The notes under the pieces: model-generated | The model's input: only the letters and a program-made list of their open reading frames with translations | The model's database searches: none | Told to the model about the DNA's origin: nothing | Part shown: in pieces, positions 12,559 through 24,566 of the stretch | How the letters are laid out: every line of letters starts with the position of its first letter | How positions within the stretch are numbered: the first letter of the stretch is position 1 | Assembly: GCF_011386835.1 (NCBI RefSeq) | Contig: NC_088797.1 | Span: forward strand, 41,726,001-41,790,000 | Origin: Chrysemys picta bellii | Lineage: Eukaryota | Direction of reading: 5' to 3' | DNA: 64,000 bases | Translations under genes and position numbers: made by a program

Positions 12559-13431
12559 TGTGACGGGGCCGTCTTACCACGCACTAGCCCTGACAGGGTT
12601 AAGTCCCAGGTGTTGACAGCGGAAGTCCTGCCTCCCTGGCAAGACTGGGCATGCTCCAAGTGCTCTAGTAGTATAAAGGGTGGGAGACCGTCTCATTCTG
12701 GGCTGGAGACTGCAGGGGAAGGACTTGCCTGGGAAGCTCCTGCAGGGGGCCAGCCACAGCCTCTGACTACGCCGGGAATCGCAGCCGTCCACAGCCCGCC
12801 TGCACCCCAGCGACTGGAGATGACTGGACCTGCCGAACACAGGGGAATCGACGTCTCATGGGAAACCCCATCACAGACTCTGGTAGGAAGTGACCCAGGG
12901 AGGGTGTCGGAGTGGTACCTCCCACCCAGGGAAACTCAGCGTGTTTTGGCAGGACCCCCCGCTTAGTCAGTGGCAAGCAGCTACGCCACTGTTAGGGCCC
13001 TGGGTCGGGGCCTGGTGGAGTTGGGTGGGCCCGGCCCCCCTACCGGGGCAGCCACACCCCAATGCTATAGACTCTGGCCACTAGGCCACGCTACCCTGCC
13101 CCAAAGAATCACTTTATGGACTCCGGCCATTAGGCCCCACTGCCCTGTAGCAAAGGGTGGCGCTATAGACTCTGGCCACTAGGCCACGCTGCCTGGCACC
13201 CAAGGGTGGTGCTATAGACTCTGGCTGCTAGGCCACGCCGCCCTGCACTGAAGGGGGTGCTATAGACTGCAGCCACTAGGCCATGCTGCCCTGCGCTGAA
13301 GGGCTGCTTTATGGACTGTGACTGATAGTCCACGCTGCCCTGACCCCAGGAGCATGGACCATCACAGGCTGCTTTACAGACTGTGACTGATAGTCCATGC
13401 TGCCCTGACCCCAGGAGCGTGGACCTTCACA
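12559..13431 (+). repeat. LTR of the Gmr1-like element (873 bp)
   Basis: Termini TGTGACGG...CCTTCACA, with the PPT on the left and the PBS on the right. TATAAA occurs at 12672-12677 and tandem ~49-bp units fill the 3' part. Confidence 0.9.
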
Positions 13432-13433
13432 CG

Positions 13434-13451
13434 TGGTGGAGAATGTGGGCA
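13434..13451 (+). promoter_or_regulatory. Primer binding site complementary to tRNA-Ala(AGC) 3' end
   Basis: TGGTGGAGAATGTGGGCA starts 2 nt after the LTR end. It is the reverse complement of ...TGCCCACATTCTCCA+CCA, recalled as a vertebrate tRNA-Ala(AGC) 3' end. Confidence 0.85.
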
Positions 13452-13519
13452 ATGCCCGGGACCTGCTGAAAGGTCCAGTGCAAGGAATCTAGACGGCGGG
13501 AGCCCCACCGCCATCTAAG

Positions 13520-14600
13520 ATGGATACAGAGAAGCTTCTAAAGTGGTTGCTGGAGAATCAGTAAGAGCAGGCGGCCCAACAGCGACAGCAGCAGGCTCAC
13601 ATGATGCAGCAGATGGCCAGCCAGCAGCAGTTGCAGATGACCCAGCACCAGGAACAACAGCAGCAACTCCTTTGAGAGCTGGCTGCCTAGCAACAATTGC
13701 AACAGGAATGCCTAATCCAACAAGTGGCAACTTTACTGCACACGCTGGGAGCTCCAGCCCCCACACCTACAGGAGCGGGATCTGGAGAGGCTCCAGTGGG
13801 GCTGCCAGTTCGCCTCACTAAGATGGGACTAGGCGACGACCCCGAGGCATTCCTGGTCACGTTCGAATGGGTCACCACTGCTGCTCGGTGGGCCCCAGAA
13901 CACTGGGCCACCATGCTAGCCCCTTATTTGATGGGACAGGCAGAGACGGCTACCATAACCTTGATCCCTGAGAGGCTTTGGAGTAACCCCGGGTGAAAGC
14001 GGCCATTTTAGACCAGACCAGCATTAGCCCTGAGACGTACCGCCAGCGCCTACATAAAGAACAGTATCCTCCTGGGGCTCGACCTTGGGCCATGGCCCAA
14101 CGGGTACAGAACCATTGTTGGAGATGGTTGGAGCCAGAAGGCTTGACTGGACCTCAGGTGGCGGAGATGATGGTGCTCGAACAGTTCACCCAGATCCTCC
14201 CGGCAGGAGGGAAAGCATGAATGCAACATCACCGGCCGGCGACCTTGTCAGCAGCCGTGGGCCTGATGGAGGACTACTTGGCGGCCGAAGGAGCCGAGGC
14301 AACCCCACGGAGGTCCAAAAACCTGAGCAGGAATCTCCACCCAACACCAGCCCCAAACCCACTAAGCCTCCCAGCCCCGAACCCAGGCACAGAGTTCCGC
14401 GGACTCCGATTCGAAGGGAACGGCCCCCACAAGGGGGGCGGAGTCCGCCAAGGGAAGGCCTTGGACCCTCGGAAGGCCGGAATCGCTGCTGGGAGTGCGG
14501 ACAAGAGGGACATTTCCAACGGGAATGCCCCTTCATGGATTGCAACTATGGGCAAGTGTGGGTTGCCGGACACAGAGCCCAGAAAAGGGGGCCAGGCAAA
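13520..14600 (+). pseudogene. gag with Gln-rich N-terminus, SCAN domain and CCHC zinc knuckle (stops/frameshifts)
   Basis: MDTEKLLKWLLENQ* is followed by a Q-rich stretch, then KMGLGDDPEAFLVTFE. A SCAN-like ETYRQRL...CWRWLEPE...MVLEQFTQILP...AVGLMEDYL spans about 14030-14285, and CWECGQEGHFQREC is at 14487-14528. Confidence 0.88.
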
Positions 14601-14852
14601 TTAGTGATCCCTGTGCGGGTCGAGGGGACCCCCACGAATGCTCTTGTGGACTCAGGATGCAGTCAGACCCTCTTACGGGAGGGGCTGGTCCCAGATCTTA
14701 GACTTTCCGGGAAAAAGATACACCTACAATGTGTCGATGGGGACATCCGCCCTTACCCCATAGCCTGGGTGAGGATCGGGATTGGCCAGCGGGAGGAAGT
14801 CCTCCACGTGGGCGTAGCCCCCAGATTGGCTGACCCCATAGTGCTGGGATGA
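14601..14852 (+). pseudogene. Retropepsin-type aspartic protease
   Basis: ALVDSGCSQT active-site motif, ending in the IVLG(*D) motif. Confidence 0.9.
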
Positions 14853-15229
14853 GACTGGCCAGAATTTAGGGAGATCCTCCAGCAGTATCAACCACCCGCT
14901 GCACAAATGGAAGGGGCTACGTCTGCAGGAAGGGGACTCCTCGGACACACACCGGAAGCAGATCCCGGGGAAGGGACGTCTACGGTGGGGAAGGCACCTG
15001 CTAACGCCCGACATCCCTCCGTGGAAGACGCGCAGACAGAGCTGGAGCGGGATATTGACTTTGTGAGGGAGCAGAGAGAAGACCCGACTCTGAGTAGGGC
15101 CTGGGAGCAGGCCACCATCCCCAGCCCTGGAGAGGACACCTCTCCGAGACCTCCGCAGGGGCCTCGGTTTGAGATCCAGTGGGACCGCCTATATCGGGTG
15201 GCTCGGGAACCACAGACACCGGAGCCACT

Positions 15230-16310
15230 TCATCAGTTGTTGGTTCCCCGGAGGTTGCAATGAGGCCTCCTACAGGTATCGCATGCAAACCCACGGGCAG
15301 GACACCTGGGGCAGGAAAAGACCCTTCAGAGGGTGGCCCGCCGATTTTTTTGGTCCGGCATTCACCAAGAGGTCCGGGAGTATCGCGCGTCTCGCCTGGA
15401 GTGCCAGCGGGCCGGACCAAAGGGTATACCCTGAGCCTCATTAATACTCCTACCCATGGTTGGTGTACCCTTTGAAAGCATCGGAATGGACTTGGTTGGA
15501 CCCTTAGACAGAAGCAAGACAGGGAACCGATTTATTTTAGTGATCGTGGACTACAGGACACTTTACCCCGAGGCTGTTCCCCTCCGTGCAGCTACGGCGC
15601 CAGGGATTGCCGCCGAACTCGTGAAGGTCTTCGCTAGGGTGGGGATACCCGCGGAGATCCTGACTGACCAGGGGACTAACCTATCCTCAAAACTGATAGC
15701 TGAGCTGTGCCGCCTCCTGAACATACGGACACTGCAAACGTCGGTTTACCGTCCACAAACAGACTGTCTAGTGGAGTGTTTTAATGGTACCCTGAAGTCC
15801 ATGTTGCAGAAGTTCGTGCAGGAAGACCCCAGCCATTGGGATACACTATTGCCAGCCCTACTGTTTGCCATAAGGGAGGTACCCCAAGCATCGACCGGGT
15901 TCTCACCCTTCGAACTTTTGTATGGCAGGCAGCCCTGAGGAATCCTGGACCTCCTGAGGGAAGACTGGGAGGCACAGGAGTCGCGAGTACTTGGGACCAC
16001 TCAGTATGTGCTACGCCTCCGAGAACGGCTCCAAGCCTTGGAAGCTTTCACCCGGGAGAATCTGCTGTGGGCCCAAGAGACACAGGAATGGGTATATAAT
16101 AGAGGGGCTAAGGTAAGGAGTTTTGACCCGGGGGACCAGGTGTTGCTCTTGTTGCCCTCGGCCGACTCAAAGCTCCTGGCCAAGTGGCAGGGGCCTTACG
16201 AGGTGATCCCACGGGTCGGGCCCGTAGATTATGAAGTCCAGTTACCCGGACGACGGAGGGACACTCTGACTTACCACGTGAATCTTTTGAAGGCATGGAA
16301 GGCCAGGGAG
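15230..16310 (+). pseudogene. Integrase (HHCC, rve core, GPY/F-type C-terminus), disrupted
   Basis: PFESIGMDLVGPL, ILVIVDY, ILTDQGTNL, YRPQTDCLVECFNGTLKSML, KLLAKWQGPYEV and YHVNLLKAW. Confidence 0.93.
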
Positions 16311-19300
16311 GCCTTATTCATCATTCCATCGCCCCTGGACCCAGAACTGGGACCACTAGCTGGGGAACCCCTAGACTCAAGGCAGGCTACACTTGGGACC
16401 AACCTCACCACAGCACAGCGGGAACAAATATCGCAACTCATAAAGGAATTAAACAGAGAAGATAGGATTGGGGACCCCAAACTCTTCAAGTGAAGTTCAT
16501 ATTAAACAATGACTTTCTCCGATGAAAGCACCTGACTGGACTATTATAGAAGGAAAAACAGCAAAAATTCTGCCATGAGAAGAAGGAACATTTCTTGGGA
16601 ACTTGAGAAACAATATCTTATGTGGCATGAACATGAGCTTGAACTTAGTTCAAAACACATCTAAAAACGAAAGGATTCTCTCTGTTTCTGTAAGAGTACC
16701 AGCTGAAATGCAAAGGGATATCTTGGACCACCCTCCCCATGGAAACAAATGAAGGCTTCATTGGAGAGTTGGACTAAGAGGTAGCTTTCCTGGATGATCC
16801 AGAAGTTCTCACCACCTCCACTATGAACAGAGAGGTACCCAGAGGGAACCTATGGAGACAATGCAGTCTTGATTTTGTAGACATGAAATATCCTGATGCA
16901 TTTTATTAAACCTTGAAAGATCTTGTTGAAAATAAAGCCACGTCTCCAGATTACCAGGAATGTTTGCCTGATATACAGTATCAGATGCCAGAAAGGCCAT
17001 ATTAGAATGAGAATACAGGGGAGGCTCTTAACTTTCTCACTCATCTGCAGTATTAGCTTGTATTTATTAAGGATATTCTGAAAATATTGCTGTCAAACTG
17101 CAAGGACTCAATTATCTAAGTTAACTGGCAAGTTTAAAGTCCTTCCACTGTTGTACAGGTCAGGGGTAGTTCTAAGAAAAATGTGTCTACTGTGTGGACT
17201 TTCTGACTCTTTTGCTGGGTTATAATCTGTACATTGCATCAGTCCGTTTTGTACTGCATACAGTACATCTGTATGACATATGTACACACACATGTCTTTA
17301 GCTTTGTGAGTGAAAAAGGAATTTGGAATTTGATACTGAATTGTTACACAACCAAAATTTATCCATCAAAGTATTTTTCCAGTTTTGTAGGGTGATTCTG
17401 CTTTTATGAGGTGTTTGTTTCTTTATGTTTCTTGATAGATTAATCAGCATTTTAGAACAGCTGTCTTAAACATACTTATCTGATGAAGTTAAGAAAGGCT
17501 TTTTTTAAACAGTTGAGTCACCAAGAAGGGACTTTCCAAGTTGTGCATTAGTGGAGTATGATTAAGACACAAACATTGATTTTTTGGACTCTGCATCCTT
17601 TTTGGTCTGTACTAACATACATAAATAGACCTAATAATTGAGCATACCCTGATCACTCTGGAGAAATGAGTCCTTCTGCTTTGCCAGAACAAGGAGTAAT
17701 AAAGTTTTTAAAACTAATAAAATATTGAAAGGCAATTAACATATTGTGCTAAATTCTATCCTCTAATACAGATGAGTTGAAGAATACTCCAGGGATGAAA
17801 ACCTTGATCCAATTAGTTCAGTGAGAAAACTCCCATTGACTTCACTGGGCCACAATTTAACGTCAGAACTCTAGTAGCATAGTATCTAAAATATTCCAGA
17901 AAGAACTCTGTCCAAAATAAAATCTAAAAATATTATCGGGATTGATGCATATAAAAATGACAGCTTACAGTACACTGGTCTGCAAACTCATGGAATCATA
18001 AATTAGAAGTGGAAAAGACACATCACCGCTGAGTTCAGAACGATTCACAGTTTACAGATTCACTTACTAGTGTGTGGTCTAATATGAACTGAAATGTCCC
18101 ATGCAAAGAGGCCTTCAACTTTCATTCAGGGACTTCTCTGCTGTTTAAAATATATGACTATCCAGAAGCTTTGGGATCTCAAATATTCCCTGATACTTCT
18201 GACTCCATGAATCATGCTAAATTCCTCTCCATCCTTGATATTCACACCCACCAAATATTTTCAGAAAACTGTAACCACTTTGCATCTTCATCACCATTAG
18301 GCACTCTATCTAGCACATCTCTAGCTCTCTTTAATTTTTCCGTTCAACCCTAAAATTTATATAATTCTTTTCTGAACTCCCTCCAGTTTGCCGATAACTA
18401 GCTTGCAATGTGATGCCCAGAAAGGAATGCAAAAAACCAGGGTTGAAATCCTGACTCCACTAAAGTCAATGACAGTTGTCCTCCATTCTATGAAACCTCT
18501 GCATATCCATCTCAAAACTGCATTGGCTCTTTTTTTCTGCCATATACATGAAGCACTCTATATGCAATAAACGGCATAAAAGTATATTGTATATGTAATT
18601 AATAAAGCTACTCACCACGGTGGTCAACTACTGCTTTCTCGAACATACCTTTTTTTTTAAACCCAAAACTATAATGCTTAGAATACTGAAAATGGCCAGA
18701 AGCAGTTTTTGTCAGCTTCTTGCATTAGTCAAAACAGGTCACTTTCACCCTTGCATGTCTCTTTTTTTTTTTTCTGAAAAGTCTGACTGCAAACTATCAA
18801 TAAGCACTTTTCCAGCTGGGACTTTTCCAATCACAACATAAAATACTCAGAGCAGTGACGCTTACTCTGCTGCACTGAACATGATGTTAGATAAAATTAG
18901 AATAGAAGTAGGCAGCGAATGCCTTCAGTGGATGACTACTTCGATAGCATAGACACACCAAATATTACAGAAATATATTACCCAAGGATCAATGGTATCT
19001 ATACATCATCTGCCTAACATCCTCTGATGTACCTGTAGTGCAAAATCTAGATTACAATGTGACTAACAAGCATAGTCCCTACAAAACTAAATAGTGTGGC
19101 TTTGGCATTTATTTATGCTGTTAACATCTTCTAGGTCCAGGATGTTCAGGTTGATATGTTTTCAATAACTAATGAATTTTAAGTAACCCCCCTTCCTCCA
19201 TCTCAATCGCCACACACATTTCCACACAGTCTTCTTTGGTAAATAATCACTTGACATTTGACAGAACCAAGCAGAAGGCAAACCCAAGCAAGAAAGCCCA

Positions 19301-19650
19301 AAGGATCCAACTGTCCATATTCTTGTGACTTATGTGATGTCAAAATTGTTTGAACACGATGGAATTTCTGGGTTTTTCTTTTCCAGTTTGCTTTTATAAA
19401 AAACTTAGTAAATTACATACATAAAACTACATTAAATTAATGTTAAGGTTGCAAAGTCAAGTACTCTAAAGTTAGGAAATGCCAGAATTAAGGTTGCTCA
19501 TGCAACTTTCAATTGCCGCCCTTGTGTGCATGAATTAGCATAAAGTCTTTAATGACATTATTACATACTGTATTTTCCAAAGGACTCTGGCCTCATTCAG
19601 TTCGCAGGATAGACCTGCTTTAGGGGATGAATCAGGATTTCATAGTAAAG

Positions 19651-19868
19651 GGGTATCCCTACATAGCATTTTGGAGAGAGTGGAAGTGAGCCTCCCAGTC
19701 CAGGTAAACAGACTTGGGCTAGTGGGACTCACACTAGCCCTCTAAAAATAACACAAGCTGCAACTTCAAAGTGCTGTCTATAGAGCTATTTTTAAGAGAG
19801 CTATTGCAAGTCTCACTAGCCCGAATCTGTCAGCCTGGGCTGGGAAGCTTGCTCCCTGTAGCCTATAT
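19651..19868. mobile_element. Decayed Harbinger-like palindromic MITE
   Basis: The start GGGTATCCCTACATAGCA resembles the GGGTATGTCTACAC TIR, and the interior is self-complementary (GGGCTAGTG/CACTAGCCC). The right TIR is poor. Confidence 0.4.
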
Positions 19869-20009
19869 TTAGGTTGAATGGATATAGTTGTATTGTTGGC
19901 GGATCAGTTGCCAGCTCAGGCCAAGGCTGTAAGTGTCAGCTGAACACTGACAAATTCATAGCTGGAAGCCAGACCAGTTCACCTATATATTAGTATTGTT
20001 CAAGATAGG

Positions 20010-22215
20010 TAGAGTGACCATATTTCCTATGCTGAATATAGGACACCTGGTAAAATTACTCACATTCAAGCGAGTTCAACGGTAATCAATCAGAACTATG
20101 CAGTACAAACATTCAAATTAACATCAAGTTGACTGAGCCCATTAAAAAGAAATACTGCCTAGTTGGATTCTTTTTATTTACCTTATCTTTAAGGCTTTAG
20201 GGTTCACATGGGGAGAGGTGACATACACACCCCCATGGGGAGAGACACACCCACACTCCCATACTCCTCTCTCACACAGGGGGTGGGGATGACCAACCAA
20301 CCCAATCATCCCTGCCCGGTGCTCTCTGCCCTCCAGGCCTGGCTGGGCCCCCGGGATGGACCCGTCTCTCCTTGTACCTGGTGCCGCGTGTTCTCGAGGC
20401 AACACGTGGGGGGACGCAGGTTCACATGCCCCCCATTTCAGATTTCTGCCAGGGCTCAGACCAGACCATGGCCAGTAGTAGCCTTTCGGCACTGTGTGGG
20501 AGGGAAGGGACGGGAGCTGCTTCCAGCCACAAGGGAGAGGGGGAGGGATGACCTGGCTCATGTCTTTGCAGAACTCATCTCTTCCCCCCTAACCCTCACT
20601 CCCCTGTGGCTGGAAGCAGCTTGTCCCTTCCTGCCCGCACAGTGTTGAAAGGCAGCTAACAGCTCCAGGCTGCTGCTGACCACTGACATAACCCAGCCAC
20701 CTCCTGTCCCCCGGCTACAGCACAGGCAGGAAGGGGTTAAGCCGGGGTGGGCAAACTTTTTGACCTGAAGGCCACATCTGGATATGGAAATTGTATGGCG
20801 GGCCATAAATGCTGATGAAATTGCGGGTTGGGGTGGTGGGGGGGTGAGGGCTCTGGCTGGTGGTGCGGGCTCTAGGGTGGGGCTGGGGATGAGGGGTTGG
20901 ATATGCAGGAGGGTGCTCCGGGCTGGGACCGAGCAGTTCAAAGGGCGGGAGAGGAATCAGGGCTGGGGGAGGGGGTTGGGGCGTGGAAGGGGGTCAGGAG
21001 TGTAGGATCCAAGCGGCGCTTACCTCAAGGAGCTCCCGGAAGCAGTGGCATGTCTCCCTTCCGGCTCCTACGCAGAGGCGTAGCCAGGAGCTGTGCGTAG
21101 GAGCCAGAGGGGGAACATGCCACTGCTTCCAGCACGCAGAGCCATGGCACGTGCGGAGCGGGGCAAGCCAGCAACCCCGCTCCCTGGCTGGAGCACTGGA
21201 GCAGCGCAAGCCCTGGACCCCACTCCCGGACAGGAGCTCGAGGGCCGGATTAAAACATATGAAGGGCCGGATGCTGCCCCCGGGCCATAGTTTGCCCACC
21301 CCTGGGGTAAGCCCTAAGGATGCATTGTGCACCAGGGCCCAGGGAACCTAACTGCAGGCGCTTCAGCAAACCCGGTCAGAGAGGTGGCTCAGCAAGGTGC
21401 CTGGGGGATGGAGCAGCCCCGCACTCTCGGAGGGCAGGACCCAGGGCGGGACAGGAGGGGAAAGAGGGTGCTAAGCCCCTGCCCAGGGGACTGCTGTGGA
21501 GCCTGCAGGGTCAGGGCATGAACAGACTGGAAATTGCTCCCCTTCTGCCACTCCAGAGTTTAGCTGAGGAGTGGAGAGGCTTCCCCATGCCAGCGCTGTG
21601 CGGGGCTCCAGCACACACAGGGCTCAGCTCCTCCTCCTGGGCCGGAGGGTCTTGGGCTTTCCCAGGGTGCCGGCCAAGCCAGAGGCAGTGGGGGAAGGAA
21701 GGAGCCTGCTGGCCAAGTTGTTGGTCAGCTGAGCACTCCTACCAGGGGCTGGTTCTCTGCACAGCGCGGGGTGCAAGATGCGCCCCGCCAGGTGGGATAT
21801 GGAGGAGCAGTGGGGCTAGCACCTGCCTACACTCACCAGCCACTGGAGCTCACAGCCAGAGCTGGCCGGAAACAAGATGGAGGATGGGGCCCTGCTGGCC
21901 AAGAGCCAGTATGCAGCAGGGGCTTTGCTGACGGACCAGCAGGGGGAGCGGCCAGCCCCGCGTGCTGCTTTTTTGCCCCACCAGTAGCCTTGCACTCCCA
22001 CCTCCATCATCAGCCACTGGATCCCCCCACTCACCACTGATGGGCAGGCAGCTGGTGAGCAGGGATCCGGCCAGCAGCAGGACCCGCCAGTACTGGTGGT
22101 GGGGGAGACAGAAAATACAGGACAATTTGCCCATTTTTAAGAAAAAGTCAGGACACCTGCAGGAGGGCTTAAATATGGAACTGTCCCTTTAAAAACAGGA
22201 CGTCTGGTCACCCTA
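20010..22215. mobile_element. Non-autonomous hAT element (TAGGGTGACCA TIR, MER96-like)
   Basis: TIRs TAGAGTGACCA / TGGTCACCCTA and 8-bp TSD AAGATAGG (20002-20009) / AAGATTGG (22216-22223). Confidence 0.8.
20743..21304. mobile_element. hAT (Charlie-like) MITE nested in the previous element
   Basis: TIRs C(A)GGGGTGGGCAAAC / GTTTGCCCACCCCTG and TSD GGTTAAGC / GGGTAAGC (7/8). Confidence 0.85.
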
Positions 22216-24202
22216 AAGATTGGTGTTAGATTTGTAAGAATGTGTTCAGTCTCTATAACATGTTTGTAAGTTGCTGCATGCATTCATCTTATTTGTAATG
22301 TCTGTATTCAATGATACAAGGTAAAATATGTTTGCCTTAGTACTGTAAAAGTGTCTGCACTGAACTTGTGAACCTAGGCAGGAAACATGGTTTCCCTGGC
22401 TATCAAGAAGAACTATCAAAACTAAGTGGGCCATTGCCGGACAAGAACTTTGTTGATTGTGCCCTCCATCTATGAAGAAGTTATATGCAGGAGTACTTGT
22501 CCCATCGGTTTGAACTCTGTGGGGAAGGGCATCTAAAGATGCTCACAAGAAGAAATAGTTATCTCTTTGCTGTTTGAACTCTCTCAGGCCTAGAGACACT
22601 AAACTGAAGCAGAAAGCCTAAGGATTATCCCAGAGGTCCTGCCTGAAAGACATTTTGAACTGACGGTTTACGAGATCACCATTTGGAACCATAGACTGTA
22701 ACTCATTTGTTGTGCACATATGTTGTCTGCTTTAACATGTAAATAACTCTCACATTTCTTTTCTTAGTTAATAAATCCTTAGTTTACAATAAAATTGGCT
22801 ACCAGCATCATCTTTATAGTGAGGTTTGAGGTACAAATTAACCTGTGATAAGTGACTGGTCTCAGGAGACTAGAAGCAACCAGAATATTTTGTGACCATT
22901 TATCACTAGGTCCATCTTGCCGGGGTGGCAAGATAACTGGAGTGCCAAAGGGGACTATCTGTGACTCCATGGTAAGACTGGTATAGGGCTTCAGAAGTTC
23001 ATATTTGTTACTGGGTTGGTGAAGTCTAATTATAGAACATACCATCAATTGGGGATATCTGCCCTACTTTTGGCAATCTGCCCTGAGGCTGGCAGACAAG
23101 GTCGTGAGCCACTCCAGATAGTGTGATAATAGTAATCAATAGTTCTGTGTTAAACCACAGCAGGGGCAATGCTAGTGAGTGGCAGGAATGGTCACATGCC
23201 CCTCCCCAGATGCGGGGGAGGGGGGGAGGGGGCACATCCCAGAGGGGGCGGGAAGTTACAGCTGTGCTCAGGTAGGTGCCTCAGGTCAGGAGGAGAGTAC
23301 CTTGCCTGTGCTCTGAGGCTGCTTGCCCAGCCCTGGTGAGCTTCTTTCTTGCAGTAATGGGACAAAATGGCAGGGCTCAGGGGAGGGAGGAAGGGAGAGA
23401 GAGCAGGGAGGAAGGGGCGGCTACTGGGGACACTGGGGATGATCGTGGGGATCATAGGAGGGAGAACGGGGCAGCATAGGCCAGGGCTGGGAGTCTGGGG
23501 GCGAGGGGGGGTGGCTGCAGCAAGGAAACAGCCATGTGGCCTGGATGGATGGGCATCTGGGAGGGTGGGGGGGCAGCAGGGCCAGAGGCTAGCAATGGGT
23601 GTGTGTGTTTGGGAGAGAAATAAACCCATGGGGGATGGGAGGGCTCAGGGAAGAAGGAAGAGGGGGCCGCTGGGGACACTGGGGATTATCGTGGGGATCA
23701 TGGGAAGGGGGGCGGGGGGTCAGCATAGGCCAGGGCTGGGAATCTGGTGCGGGGTGGTGGCCGCAGCAAGGAAACAGCCATGTGGCCTAGATGGATGGGC
23801 GTTTAATTTTTTTTTAAAGATTGAAACAAAGAGAAGCACTGAGCACATCTCTGGCTTGTAGGAAAAGAGTGGGGTAGAGTCTGTGTGTGTAGTGGTAGCC
23901 CAGGGAAGAATGCTTGCTCACTCATTGCCCTCCCAGAATCCCAGGTCAGAATTAAAATACCCTAGATTTCCTCCCTCACATGATGAATCCTTTAGGATTA
24001 ATTATGGTAGGACCACAATTCCCAGGAATTTTCTGTTCATGCCATCGTGTGTGCAGACAAGTGAACTTCACTTTGCTAAGGCCCCTACTATTGGGGTTGA
24101 CAAGAGTAGCTCAAGGCCATGGGCCACCTGAGTTCTCTGGGCTGGGTGTAACTGCTTGAGCTCTCTGGTTGGATGCTCACGTGGACTTTCTAACATGCCC
24201 AG

Positions 24203-24566
24203 CAGGGCCGGTTTTAGCAGGTGCGGGACCCCACGCCGGGACGCGAATTGTCTCACCCCCCTGCCCCACCCCGACTCCGCCCCCTCCCTGCCCCATTGGA
24301 TCCTTCCCCAAATCCTCGCCCTGGCCCTGCGTCTTCCCCAAGCACGCCGCATTCCTCCTCCCCATCCCTCCCTTCCAGGCTTGCGCTGATCAGCTGTATG
24401 GCGGTGCAAGCGCTGGAGGGAGGGGGGAGAAACAGGACGCAGCTTTTCTTTTTTTTTTTTTTTCTTTTTTTTCCCGCGCCGCCGTCAGCCCTGGATGTTG
24501 CGGGGCCCTCTTAGGCGCGGGGCCCCATTCCGGGGAATCAGCCGAATCGGCTTAAAGCCGGCCCTG
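24203..24566. mobile_element. hAT (Tip100-like) MITE
   Basis: TIRs CAGGGCCGG / CCGGCCCTG and TSD ATGCCCAG / ATGCCCAC (7/8). Confidence 0.85.

Larger units (their letters stand above)
11146..16450 (+). mobile_element. Gmr1-like Gypsy LTR retrotransposon, circularly permuted, single LTR, decayed
   Basis: The order is inverted LTR stub, RT, RNase H, PPT, LTR, PBS, gag(SCAN, CCHC), PR, IN, IN-RT linker. IN runs directly into the pre-RT linker, which is the Gmr1 clade order. Confidence 0.92.
19889..23128. mobile_element. Solo LTR (about 1.03 kb net) interrupted by nested hAT MITEs
   Basis: Termini TGT...GTGATA (decayed TG...CA) and a 5-bp TSD ATAGT at 19884-19888 and 23129-23133. AATAAA occurs near 22770, and the sequence is continuous across the 20010-22215 insertion. 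Confidence 0.7.

Noticed and set aside
13064-13431. Regularly spaced palindromic repeats resembling a CRISPR array
   Set aside because: They lie inside an LTR in a vertebrate context. The intervening sequences are similar to each other rather than unique spacers, and no cas genes are present.
11130-16460. Target-site duplication around the Gmr1-like element
   Set aside because: No 4-5 bp duplication directly flanks both ends. TCATAAA occurs near both junctions (11133, 16438) but is offset from the left boundary and may be chance.
20178-24555. Dense cluster of overlapping 60-200 aa ORFs on both strands
   Set aside because: These are Gly/Pro/Ala/Arg-rich products of GC-rich MITE interiors with few stop codons and no recognisable domain.
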